DNA of 64,000 bases, taken from a virus. Of the stretch, positions 37,979-46,821 are shown piece by piece (position 1 is the stretch's first letter; the number at the start of each line of letters is the position of its first letter). The stretch covers positions 5,696 to 69,695 of IMG/VR virus record IMGVR_UViG_3300030329_005488; one strand, given 5' to 3'. A model generated the notes under the pieces. It had not been told where the DNA came from. It searched no databases and saw only the letters and a list, made by a program, of their open reading frames with translations. The translations under genes were made by a program, and so were the position numbers.

Positions 37979-38071
37979 ATGCAAAGAAAACTGACAGAAT
38001 GGAATATGGAAATAGAGAACGGGACGACACAAACGACGCTGACTGAATGGGGTTTGACTTTCGATGTCTAA
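37979..38071 (+). CDS. 30-aa microprotein with two PIP-box-like motifs
   Basis: MQRKLTEWNMEIENGTTQTTLTEWGLTFDV; GGTGGTGA SD; overlaps the next start. Confidence 0.55.
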   Translation: MQRKLTEWNMEIENGTTQTTLTEWGLTFDV

Positions 38072-38279
38072 ATTTGAAAAGCGTGTTGTTGACCGCATTG
38101 AAAAGCGCGCAGAGAAAGGACTGGACACATACGGGGTGAGTATGGAAAGAGGTGACCTCTCTTTACAAGAGTGGTTACAACATCTACAAGACGAACTCCT
38201 TGATGCGGCAGTCTATGTCGAGAAACTCAAAGAGGAGGTAGAAGAACTTGAGCGATACAGGGCCGAGAATATACAGTGA
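38064..38279 (+). CDS. small all-helical protein, possibly MazG-like nucleotide pyrophosphohydrolase
   Basis: RAEKGLDTYG...WLQHLQDELLDAAVY pattern. Confidence 0.5.
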   Translation: MSKFEKRVVDRIEKRAEKGLDTYGVSMERGDLSLQEWLQHLQDELLDAAVYVEKLKEEVEELERYRAENIQ

Positions 38280-39171
38280 TGGCTCATCATATGGTTGGAC
38301 TCCTGAAATGGATGATACTATCATCCGTATCAGTAAGTCTACATTGGTGAGTACTAAATGGTGTGCTCAGCAAATGTGGCTCAATAAGAACCACCCAGAG
38401 GTGGAGACTGAACTCAACTCATGGCTCGTCATTGGAAACGATGTGCACTATGCTCTGGAATACTTTTACGACAACGCGAAACCAGATGAACTACCAGAAC
38501 TACAAGCAAGAGCGAAGAACGGAGATATGCGTTTAGTCAAAGGGGCCCTGAAGAATTGGTTACCTTCCACAGAGCAGATTATGGACAATAGAGATGAGCG
38601 TAGCCGGGCAGAGCCATTGTATGAAAGAGACTACAACCATAATATACAATGGCTCTTAGCGCATGAAGCCTCCCGACTTACCCACACCACAGTTGAGAAT
38701 TTCCTACCTGTGGCAAATGAAGTAATCTTGACACCGAGAATAGAGGTAGAAGGAGTACCTGTACAATTAGTCGGTATCATTGACCGCGTCTTCCTCGATG
38801 ATGATGGGGGGCTGGCTTTGATGGAACTGAAGACAGGGAAATGGGATGAGAGATACAAATTATCCGAGATGAGAATGGAGATGTCATTCTATAAGATGCT
38901 CATTGAGAATAGTGACCTTCAGGAATTACAGGAAAAGAATCTGGACCGTGCAGTGACTCACTGGGGTTGGAGGTATAGTGCCGCTGACCATGTATCATAT
39001 GAGAAATGCAAGCGTGTGAGTGAGCGGGCTATGATGAAACGTCTGGGAGACCTTGTGAAGATGTATTTGGAAGAGTCTTTCAAGATGGCTGACCCTAACC
39101 GTGAAGGCTTCAAATGCGCACGCTGTGAATATATGCAATGGTGTCCTCAATACAGGAGTGGTGACGAATGA
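38248..39171 (+). CDS. Cas4-like PD-(D/E)XK exonuclease
   Basis: N-terminal Cys (KWC), G..VH, GIIDRV, ELKTG, C-terminal CARC..WC (Fe-S ligands). Confidence 0.8.
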   Translation: MSDTGPRIYSDGSSYGWTPEMDDTIIRISKSTLVSTKWCAQQMWLNKNHPEVETELNSWLVIGNDVHYALEYFYDNAKPDELPELQARAKNGDMRLVKGALKNWLPSTEQIMDNRDERSRAEPLYERDYNHNIQWLLAHEASRLTHTTVENFLPVANEVILTPRIEVEGVPVQLVGIIDRVFLDDDGGLALMELKTGKWDERYKLSEMRMEMSFYKMLIENSDLQELQEKNLDRAVTHWGWRYSAADHVSYEKCKRVSERAMMKRLGDLVKMYLEESFKMADPNREGFKCARCEYMQWCPQYRSGDE

Positions 39172-39506
39172 AAAGAAACGCGATAACATATCTACTACAA
39201 GAGGCTCTACAGGAAAGAATCAATGGCGCTAAAATCTATGTTGAATGGGGAGGTAAATCCCCAGAGCGTGGCTTTGTGATAGAGAAGTCAGGTAGGAGGG
39301 GTATTGATATCCGCCTCGATAATTCATGGTTCGTTAATGAGATAGATATCATTGAGTTGTGGAGAAACCTGAAGAAGTGGGTAGATTGGTGGAATGCTGA
39401 AGAAGCGGAGTCTCCCAGTAGACAAGCGAGGCTTGATGAATTCTTTGATGTGAACACAGGTAATGATATCACAGGGAAGCAGACTACATTGGATGAGTGG
39501 TTCTGA
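39168..39506 (+). CDS. hypothetical protein with two C-terminal PIP-box-like motifs
   Basis: QARLDEFF and QTTLDEWF. Confidence 0.65.
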   Translation: MKRNAITYLLQEALQERINGAKIYVEWGGKSPERGFVIEKSGRRGIDIRLDNSWFVNEIDIIELWRNLKKWVDWWNAEEAESPSRQARLDEFFDVNTGNDITGKQTTLDEWF

Positions 39507-40585
39507 TGGGAGAAAGGCTTCTCGATTTTGATTTCCCAAGAGAAGTAGGATTATTCAGGAAGGTGGTTCATAATAGTAGGGACTTGGAAAAATACTGGTC
39601 TAACCTGAAGAACTCTCAATGTGCTTACACTTCAGTTTATGGTTTCCGGGCAGTGAAGCCAAGTGGTAAAAGAGGAGAATATAACACTGCCATCGTGCGC
39701 CATTTCATTCTGGATTTCGACCGGAAGGAAAGAGTGCGCGGTAATGTTATGGACGCTCCGGGAGATAAAGTTCTGGAGCAAGTCAGAAGACTCCACAAGA
39801 TGCTGATGTCCAAAGATATCCATCACGGAATATGGTTCAGTGGGAATGGTTTTCATGTTTGGATTCGACTCTCTAAAATACATAGACCGGCGACGGGGAG
39901 TGAAGTTTCGCTCATAAAAACAGCCGGTAAGAAAGTCATCAATGAATGGAAAGCCGACCTTGATTTGACTTGCATGGACCCAACTGTGCCTTTCGATATG
40001 GCCCGCCTTATACGAATCCCTAACTCTTACAATGCTAAACGTCACGTTCTCAGATGGAGTATTCCCCTCCGTAGTCATGAACTCTTAGAATGGACATGGG
40101 ATAATGTATGCGAGCAGGCAGAAGATTCCCGAGAAGGGCTCTTCCAATATGGGAATAACGGTGTAGACCTCCCTATTGAGCAGGTCAAAAAGGCGCGATT
40201 CAACAAAGTACCCGGTGAAACTATTCATTTCGATACTGTGAATATGGAAGGTGTGAAGATTCTACCATGCTTGGTAGAGGCAGCCTGCCAAGTAGGTAGC
40301 AACCCTCCTCATAATGCGAGAAAGTCTCTCGCTATATATCTCGGTAGTCGACTTCGTAATTTCTTACCGGTGGAACGAACAACACAAGAGATGAGAGATG
40401 AACATATAGCGCGGATTGTTTCCTTTGTTAAGACTCTGAGATGGGCAGATTTTGATGAGGGGTTGACGAACTATCATGTCTCTTCAATTGTGAATAGAGG
40501 CTATCATCAACATTGTTCTTCCCTTGAAGGGGACGGCCTTTGTTTAGGTAGGTGCCAGTTATGGGATGGGACTGGTGATTTGTGA
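39506..40585 (+). CDS. archaeo-eukaryotic primase, PriS catalytic domain fused to a PriL-like Fe-S domain
   Basis: LDFD, FSGNGFHVW, RLIRIPNSYN; C-terminal LPC...HCSSL..GLCLGRC. Confidence 0.85.
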   Translation: MGERLLDFDFPREVGLFRKVVHNSRDLEKYWSNLKNSQCAYTSVYGFRAVKPSGKRGEYNTAIVRHFILDFDRKERVRGNVMDAPGDKVLEQVRRLHKMLMSKDIHHGIWFSGNGFHVWIRLSKIHRPATGSEVSLIKTAGKKVINEWKADLDLTCMDPTVPFDMARLIRIPNSYNAKRHVLRWSIPLRSHELLEWTWDNVCEQAEDSREGLFQYGNNGVDLPIEQVKKARFNKVPGETIHFDTVNMEGVKILPCLVEAACQVGSNPPHNARKSLAIYLGSRLRNFLPVERTTQEMRDEHIARIVSFVKTLRWADFDEGLTNYHVSSIVNRGYHQHCSSLEGDGLCLGRCQLWDGTGDL

Positions 40586-40806
40586 TGGGGAGATACGGAG
40601 TGAGTAGGAAGAGAGATATGATTTCTCAAGTGGTTTCTGAAATGGAGGTGGGTGAAGAATTCACATCCAGACAAATTGTTGAGATTCTAACAGAGAGAGA
40701 AACCAAACATTACATTCCCAGCACACATTTTGTTGGGCATATATTGAGTCGAATGGATAATGTCAAGAAGAGAGGAAGACACAATACTATCTGGGTGAGG
40801 ATATGA
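40582..40806 (+). CDS. small winged-helix protein
   Basis: GEEFTSRQIVEIL...IPSTHFVGHIL...W. Confidence 0.6.
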   Translation: MMGRYGVSRKRDMISQVVSEMEVGEEFTSRQIVEILTERETKHYIPSTHFVGHILSRMDNVKKRGRHNTIWVRI

Positions 40807-41492
40807 AGAACCCTCTCATTATAGATAGTAATGAAAGAGGCTCATTACCAGAAGCCATTGAGAGAAGGGCTCAAAATCGCAAACCAATCATTCCATTCAA
40901 GAAAGAGCGTTTGATTGTAGGCGATTACAAATGTGGTGAATGGTACATTGAGGCGAAGACAGTTGGTGATTTCCTTGAGTCCCTAAGAAGTGGACATCTC
41001 ATGAGACAATTGGATAATCTCGACGCTAATGCTGACCTGTTTGGTATTATGGTGTGGGGGGAAATAGGCCCTTACATTAAACAATTACAAGCGAGAGGTG
41101 GGAAGACCACTTTCAGTGCAGCCACTAAACAAGTTGCTGGAGGACTTGCGCGCGTAGTCGCCGACTTTGGCTGTTTAGTGTATAGAGCCCCTAATGTCAT
41201 GGAGGCTTCACATTTCCTTGTGGGGCTACATGAAAAGACCTACAAGTCTGCGAGTCGTCATGGTGCGCAGGCTGTTAAGAGAGTCTCAAGCAATGATGTG
41301 AGATTCGATATTCTCCGAACCATACCGGGCATTGGTCCTGATATGGTTGATGCTATACTCAACGCATGTGGTTCCGTTGAGGAAGTAGCGTGCGGGACAT
41401 GTCTTCGTGATGTGCCCCGCATGGGGAAGGTTCTTCGGAACCGAGTAATCGAAGCCTTGACCAGCGAAGAACCGGTCAGGGTGGAGCGCTGA
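40803..41492 (+). CDS. ERCC4/XPF-family (Hef-like) structure-specific nuclease with HhH
   Basis: IDSNE, GDY, EAKT..DF..S...G.L..Q, C-terminal IPGIG / VPRMG. Confidence 0.85.
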   Translation: MKNPLIIDSNERGSLPEAIERRAQNRKPIIPFKKERLIVGDYKCGEWYIEAKTVGDFLESLRSGHLMRQLDNLDANADLFGIMVWGEIGPYIKQLQARGGKTTFSAATKQVAGGLARVVADFGCLVYRAPNVMEASHFLVGLHEKTYKSASRHGAQAVKRVSSNDVRFDILRTIPGIGPDMVDAILNACGSVEEVACGTCLRDVPRMGKVLRNRVIEALTSEEPVRVER

Positions 41493-41581
41493 ACCACACC
41501 CTCCGCCATCTGGGGTCACCGAGAAGTTCATAGACTTCTTTTATGTGAGAAAGATGGCAAGAAAGTAAGAAAGGTGATAAG

Positions 41582-43045
41582 ATGAGAAAATGGAAAGAGT
41601 ACACGGCAATGGAACGATACCCGATATTGAAGGAATATGTTGAGCGATTTAGACAAACGTCATTCTTTAACGAGATGGCAGGTCTTCTTTCGTTCTTCTA
41701 TCTACAAGGACAGATGTTGGTTGATTATGTGAGAATCCCTGTTTGGGCTTCATATCTCGACCCTCGGGTACATGTGTTCTGGATACAGCCAACACGAACT
41801 GGAAAATCGATAGCGTGGGAATTCACTGGTGAAGTAGCACGACATGCTGGAATAGATGCTGACATCTTTACTTCTGGCACAGATGCTGGACTGATTGGTT
41901 CCTTCAAACAATACAAGGACGAAGATGGGAATTACGTGAGTGAAGAACAACCGGGCTTGCTGAATGGAAAGAAACTTCTGAACTTCGATGAAGGGAGCAT
42001 TCTACTACAGCCGAACCCGAAGCAATTCTTCCAAGAAGTGATTCTATACCTGCAGCAAGCAATGAACCCTGTAGGGAGTCACAGTAACACATTGACTAAG
42101 CACATGAAAGACGGTAAGATTGAGACTGAGTCGCGCGTCTCATTTTGGATAACTACCTTCCCACCATCTGGTGTGAAAGAATATGTGCTCACTAAAGGGC
42201 TGTTCCAAAGAGTCCTGTTATTCTACAGCCCTTGGACTAACGATATGAGGATGGAGACTTCCAAGCGTCGTATGAGAGGACTATGGCAAGACACTATGCA
42301 AGGCGTATCTACAACAGAAGAACTTGCTGAACATTTCATCAGTGTTGAATCAATGGTGAGGGAACATCTCTTTGCTTGCTCACCTACTTTGAATGCGACA
42401 ATGTGGTCAGAGTTCGATGAGGATATCAAAGAAGAGCGTGAAGAAAGGGAACGTCTTGTGAGAGAATCCGCTCTTTACCTTTTCAATAAATCTCGCGACT
42501 TCGACCCTACTGTAGAAGCGGCTGTTGAGGAATTCTACCATCTCGTCGCTGGCATGGATAACAAGTTAGGAGACGTGGTTCTCTCCTTCATGCCCAATAT
42601 CGAGAACTATCTCAATATCATGGCTACTCATCTTCTCATCGTTGAGAAATTGAATGAGCGCGAAGATGATGACTATAATCCTGCAGAGCCATGGGTCATC
42701 ACTGGTGAGCATATCGAGATGTCAATGGAAATATTGTATGATATCTACGAGAGACTCATCATCTGGCTTGAGAGCGACCTTGAATTGGGTGCGGCTAAGG
42801 CAGAGAAGATAGCGCAGGCTGATGCTTGGAGGAAGGCCGTTGACGCTTGTAAGAGTGTGGACCTTGGTGAGAACAAAGGTGATGGATGGGTCATGAAGAA
42901 AGAACTTCTGAAGGTCTATGCAAGACAGCAAGATAGAAGTGAGCCAGTAGTGTACAATCACTACAGAAAGGCAAAGAACCTCTTCAAAGAGACGAAGGTA
43001 GCCGGACGCCCCCACGTGAGGTGGGTTCAGGAGGGTACGAATTGA
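41582..43045 (+). CDS. MCM-like AAA+ ATPase/helicase (no recognisable MCM N-terminal domain)
   Basis: Walker A PTRTGKS, TDAGLIG, PGLL, Walker B FDEG, LQQAM, LFQR. Confidence 0.65.
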   Translation: MRKWKEYTAMERYPILKEYVERFRQTSFFNEMAGLLSFFYLQGQMLVDYVRIPVWASYLDPRVHVFWIQPTRTGKSIAWEFTGEVARHAGIDADIFTSGTDAGLIGSFKQYKDEDGNYVSEEQPGLLNGKKLLNFDEGSILLQPNPKQFFQEVILYLQQAMNPVGSHSNTLTKHMKDGKIETESRVSFWITTFPPSGVKEYVLTKGLFQRVLLFYSPWTNDMRMETSKRRMRGLWQDTMQGVSTTEELAEHFISVESMVREHLFACSPTLNATMWSEFDEDIKEEREERERLVRESALYLFNKSRDFDPTVEAAVEEFYHLVAGMDNKLGDVVLSFMPNIENYLNIMATHLLIVEKLNEREDDDYNPAEPWVITGEHIEMSMEILYDIYERLIIWLESDLELGAAKAEKIAQADAWRKAVDACKSVDLGENKGDGWVMKKELLKVYARQQDRSEPVVYNHYRKAKNLFKETKVAGRPHVRWVQEGTN

Positions 43046-43644
43046 GCGACATCATGGTATTAGATATTGAGACATCGAATTTCTCTTATGAGATAGGTGG
43101 ATGGGATAAGACCCATCTTTTCGACCCAGTCATCGTGGCTACTTGGGATGGTGAGGAAGGGCATCTTTTCTCTAAACAGGAGATAGATATCGCTGATAGT
43201 ACATGGCACCCATTACATCCTAAAGTTCTCGGAGAACATCTTGAGAATCACATAAAGAAAGGCGGGAAAATCATAGGTCACAACATCTGTGGTTTCGACC
43301 TCCCTATTTTGCGCGATGCATTAGACTGCCATTATGCAGGTGTCCTTTTGGGTAAATCGAAGGAACTCCTGATTGACACAGCGAGAGTACTTCGTCAATT
43401 GACAGGATACGGTGTGCCCTTGGATGATGTATGTAAAGCGACTCTGGGTGAAGGTAAGGAGTCCATGGGCTCCGCCGATGCGCCTGTCGCGTGGAGAGAA
43501 GGAAGGCATGCTGAGGTAGCCAAATATTGTCTTGAAGATTGTAAGATGAATCTTGAACTATTCAACCATGGTAGAGAACATGGTATGATAAAGTCACGTA
43601 ACGTATCCACTGGCATCATCGATGATATCGAGGTACTTTGGTAA
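43042..43644 (+). CDS. DEDD (RNase H-like) 3'-5' exonuclease
   Basis: LDIET, GHNICGFD, YCLED; TTG start overlapping the previous stop. Confidence 0.8.
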   Translation: MSDIMVLDIETSNFSYEIGGWDKTHLFDPVIVATWDGEEGHLFSKQEIDIADSTWHPLHPKVLGEHLENHIKKGGKIIGHNICGFDLPILRDALDCHYAGVLLGKSKELLIDTARVLRQLTGYGVPLDDVCKATLGEGKESMGSADAPVAWREGRHAEVAKYCLEDCKMNLELFNHGREHGMIKSRNVSTGIIDDIEVLW

Positions 43645-43658
43645 ATGGAGGAAAAAAA

Positions 43659-45161
43659 ATGACAGAAGAAAGAAAAACTGGAAGAGAAGCCCAATTGAGT
43701 AACATACGAGCAGCGGTGAATGTCGCTGAAACAGTGAGGTCTACATTAGGACCTGCGGGAATGGATAAATGTCTCGTGAATGAAACAGGGGACACCATTA
43801 TCACAAATGATGGTGTCACTATTCTGCGAGAATTAGATGCTGTACATCCCGGCGCGAAAATGATGGTTGAAGCAAGTAAGACGCAAGAAGCGGAATGTAA
43901 AGACGGCACGACAAGTGTAGTGGTTCTTGCAGGGCAGTTGTTGGCTCTTAGTGAAGGGTTACTGATGAGGGGGATTCATCCCAGAACGATTGTGCGTGCT
44001 TTCAATGAGGCGTGTACAATCGCCTTAGATAATTTACCTGAAGGGGACTCTGAGATAGACCCTCATGATGTGGCGAGAACAGCACTGAGAGGTAAGGCTG
44101 CCGAAAGCCATTTGGAAAAGGCGTCATCTTTGTGCCAAGAAGTTGTTTATTCTGTGAGGGGGGACCTTGACAACATCCGTGTCCTTTCACAGTCTGGTGG
44201 TTCGATAGATGATTCTTACATCCATAGTGGTCTGGTATTAAGTAAAGGATTCTCGACTGATGTGAAACATGATACTGAGGGCCGTATTCTGATGCTTGAT
44301 GGTGGCTTAGATGGATTCAATATGCAAGATGTGCAGATGCAATTCACTGACCCTACTCAAATACAAGCCATACAACAACAAGAATTGACCATGCTAAGTG
44401 CGGCAGCACAACGTATCGTGGACCTTGGAGTCGGCATTCTGTTTGTCAGAGACGGTGTCCATGAAGCCATTGTTAAATATCTATCATCTCAGAAAATTGC
44501 TGTAGTATCAAGACTGCAAGATTCAGATATGACTGCACTCTCTCACATTACCGGCCATCCAGTATATCACCGGCTTATTGATGTCACAGATGCATACCAG
44601 AACACCGAACATAAGTCAGTGGTGGATAGCCAACGTATTGGTGACCTCGATTATGTCACTGTGAGTGTACCATCATCAACTGTAGTCACACTGGTTGTGA
44701 GAGGAGCAACACGACAGACTCTTGATGAATATGAGCGCGCTTTTGATGACGCCATTGGTGTCACTGCCTTATATCACAATAATATGGCAGCGTTGCCGGG
44801 CGGGGGAGCCTCTCTATCGAAATCTGCCATAGGTGTGAGGAATTACGCCACTGGTGAAAGCGGTCTTAGTGCCCGGGAGCGAATGTGCTTGGAGGCCTAT
44901 GCTGATTCACTGGAAATTATCCCTGCCGCCATTGCTGCTAATGCAGGTATGGACCCACTTGATGTAGTGATGGAACTTCGTTCATGCCCAGATAGTTACG
45001 GGCTCTACATCGATGATAATGGAATAGGTTCTGTATGTGATACTGGCGAGCGTGCAATCTGGGAGCCTCGTGAACTCGTAAAGCAGGTCATTACATCAGC
45101 CACAGAGGTTGCTACGGCTGTTCTACGCATTGATGATATCATTGCGAGGAAGGGACAATGA
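43659..45161 (+). CDS. ths: group II chaperonin (thermosome subunit)
   Basis: STLGPAGMDK, ITNDGVTIL, DGTTS, GGGA, AVLRIDD. Confidence 0.95.
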   Translation: MTEERKTGREAQLSNIRAAVNVAETVRSTLGPAGMDKCLVNETGDTIITNDGVTILRELDAVHPGAKMMVEASKTQEAECKDGTTSVVVLAGQLLALSEGLLMRGIHPRTIVRAFNEACTIALDNLPEGDSEIDPHDVARTALRGKAAESHLEKASSLCQEVVYSVRGDLDNIRVLSQSGGSIDDSYIHSGLVLSKGFSTDVKHDTEGRILMLDGGLDGFNMQDVQMQFTDPTQIQAIQQQELTMLSAAAQRIVDLGVGILFVRDGVHEAIVKYLSSQKIAVVSRLQDSDMTALSHITGHPVYHRLIDVTDAYQNTEHKSVVDSQRIGDLDYVTVSVPSSTVVTLVVRGATRQTLDEYERAFDDAIGVTALYHNNMAALPGGGASLSKSAIGVRNYATGESGLSARERMCLEAYADSLEIIPAAIAANAGMDPLDVVMELRSCPDSYGLYIDDNGIGSVCDTGERAIWEPRELVKQVITSATEVATAVLRIDDIIARKGQ

Positions 45162-45277
45162 GTGTATGGGATGTAGTCGTCTTCCTTGTCATACTCGATG
45201 TTGGATTATGGAGTCTTCAGTTCTTCACTTCGTGGTTCACGAATCTTTCTTCTGGGGAGTATGACGAGGAGGAATGA
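45158..45277 (+). CDS. single-TM micropeptide (39 aa)
   Basis: MSVWDVVVFLVILDVGLWSLQFF...EEE; ATGA overlap with the chaperonin stop. Confidence 0.4.
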   Translation: MSVWDVVVFLVILDVGLWSLQFFTSWFTNLSSGEYDEEE

Positions 45278-45944
45278 CCTTCTTGACATCGCGTCGAAGT
45301 GCCTTCACTTCTCTAAGAGTTTCGCGCTCAATCGGCTCCTCTGCCTTTAGAGTGCCACGCTCTTTGAAGTGACGAGCGCGGTTAGAATGAGGGTCCTCTG
45401 GGACTATGGTGTGCTGCCGTGTGTGACTCATGTCAGCACCACCGTGTCCCATGACCCCTTTCTTTCGGCGCTCTCTGGCTAACTCTGCGCGATATTTATG
45501 ACGGGACGGGCTGGATTCATACTTGGTATCATATTCTTTCTTATGTCTAAACGCTTCAGGCGACTTGCGGTCTTTGAGCAACCGCCAAGAGAGGTCCATT
45601 GGTTCGCCTGTCCAGAGGTTTTGAAATTTAGGGCTAAACTCGGGAACGACTTCTGCATTCTCGTCATCCGCCATTCTCATCTGAATCTTCTTCCACCATT
45701 CCTCATCAGTATGTTCAGTTACATCAGGGACAGCAACAGGTGGGTTATCGAGTATTTCTTCATTTGTAGGTATAGGTTCACCTTGAAAGCCGTGTGTTGT
45801 TCTCGCCTTCGGGGGGCGAGGCATTCTCTTCCATGGCTTCACCTCCGTAATAGGTTTCCCTTTAGGGAATCGTTGCTTGAGATGCCATTCAGGCACATAT
45901 TGTTTTTTGAACAAACGCCAAGCGAGGTCCATTGGGAGCATCAA
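45237..45944 (-). CDS. basic late protein with two PMDL(A/S)WRLxK tags and an HNH-like C-terminal segment
   Basis: PMDLAWRLFK, PMDLSWRLLK; ..RAELARERR..DMSH...SNRARH. Confidence 0.7.
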   Translation of the reverse strand: MMLPMDLAWRLFKKQYVPEWHLKQRFPKGKPITEVKPWKRMPRPPKARTTHGFQGEPIPTNEEILDNPPVAVPDVTEHTDEEWWKKIQMRMADDENAEVVPEFSPKFQNLWTGEPMDLSWRLLKDRKSPEAFRHKKEYDTKYESSPSRHKYRAELARERRKKGVMGHGGADMSHTRQHTIVPEDPHSNRARHFKERGTLKAEEPIERETLREVKALRRDVKKVIPPRHTPQKKDS

Positions 45945-46129
45945 TAGCGCCTCCCAACAGGGTCAATAGCACACTTCCTATCATGCGCATAACCGCCTCT
46001 ACCGTCAGGCACTATATCTGCACCAACAGGAAACAATTGGCCACATTTAGTACAGTTACCTGCAAATTTTGCAGGGAACCCTTTGAGGAATAGAAAGGCG
46101 AGGTCCACAGGGCTATGGCGCGCGCTCAC
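45941..46129 (-). CDS. small Zn-finger protein with N-terminal PVDLAFLFLK tag
   Basis: AKFAGNCTKCG...GADI...AH..C. Confidence 0.65.
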   Translation of the reverse strand: MSARHSPVDLAFLFLKGFPAKFAGNCTKCGQLFPVGADIVPDGRGGYAHDRKCAIDPVGRRY

Positions 46130-46167
46130 ACTATGGCGAGACGCAAATAGAAAATGAAACTTGGGGT

Positions 46168-46326
46168 CTAAGCAAGCACCTGCACAGTGATTTCATGCGG
46201 TGCGACTACTTTGAGAACCTCGTCAGGGACGTCTTCCACAATTAGGCGCAAGGCTTTCTTATTATTGAATGTTAAGAATACAAGTTTATTGATAATATTG
46301 TGGAATAATTGCCTCGATAATGCCAC
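46168..46326 (-). CDS. possible small ORF (52 aa)
   Basis: open frame MALSRQLF...VQVLA across an AT-rich patch; manual translation. Confidence 0.3.
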   Translation of the reverse strand: MALSRQLFHNIINKLVFLTFNNKKALRLIVEDVPDEVLKVVAPHEITVQVLA

Positions 46327-46328
46327 AC

Positions 46329-46472
46329 TCACACTTTATTCCACATAGGGCAAGAAGAATTCACTGACATATTCTTATGCATGCCACACCCTCTACTATC
46401 ACCCTCATATCTATTACAATAAGCACACCTATCACCGTAGGCTTTCACAAGGACTTTTCTACGAGAAGACAT
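46329..46472 (-). CDS. micro Cys-rich protein (47 aa)
   Basis: MSSRRKVLVKAYGDRCAYC...CGMH...CPMW. Confidence 0.55.
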   Translation of the reverse strand: MSSRRKVLVKAYGDRCAYCNRYEGDSRGCGMHKNMSVNSSCPMWNKV

Positions 46473-46476
46473 GTAC

Positions 46477-46611
46477 TCACTTCAGTACATTGAAGGCGAT
46501 ATTCATAGCCTCGCCTTTCTTCGTGTCCGCAGTTTTCTCAGGCTTCTTCGGGGGCTTACCACCTACTGAGATGACCATTACCACTCCGGTCTTCTTCGAT
46601 TTGCCTTTCAT
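46477..46611 (-). CDS. Lys-rich microprotein (44 aa) ending in GEAMNIAFNVLK
   Basis: MKGKSKKTGVVMVISVGGKPPKKPEKTADTKKGEAMNIAFNVLK; ATGA overlap. Confidence 0.6.
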   Translation of the reverse strand: MKGKSKKTGVVMVISVGGKPPKKPEKTADTKKGEAMNIAFNVLK

Positions 46612-46817
46612 AATCCCCACGCTTCATTAGCCGCAAGAGGCTTCTCTTTCTCAATCTTCCTACGCGCTTTTTGCCATAATGTTCCACAATCAATACATTC
46701 CCAAATGAGAATACGTGTATTTCTCTCATTTACATATCGTCCCTCGATACGGCGCGCAAGCACTCGCTCTTCACAAGAAGGGCAGTGTTGCTTGAGTCGG
46801 TCGAGGATTTCACCCAT
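46608..46817 (-). CDS. Zn-ribbon protein (TFS/TFIIS C-terminal-like)
   Basis: CPSC-x24-CIDCGTLW. Confidence 0.6.
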   Translation of the reverse strand: MGEILDRLKQHCPSCEERVLARRIEGRYVNERNTRILIWECIDCGTLWQKARRKIEKEKPLAANEAWGL

Positions 46818-46821
46818 ATCC

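Noticed and set aside
37960-38071. Readthrough or frameshift fusing PolB to the PIP peptide
   Set aside because: The A7 run lies after the PolB stop, in-frame readthrough terminates after a few codons, and the small ORF has its own SD
38248-39171. Cas4-like gene as evidence of a CRISPR-Cas system
   Set aside because: No cas1/cas2 and no repeat-spacer array were seen; solo Cas4-like nucleases are common in archaeal virus replication modules
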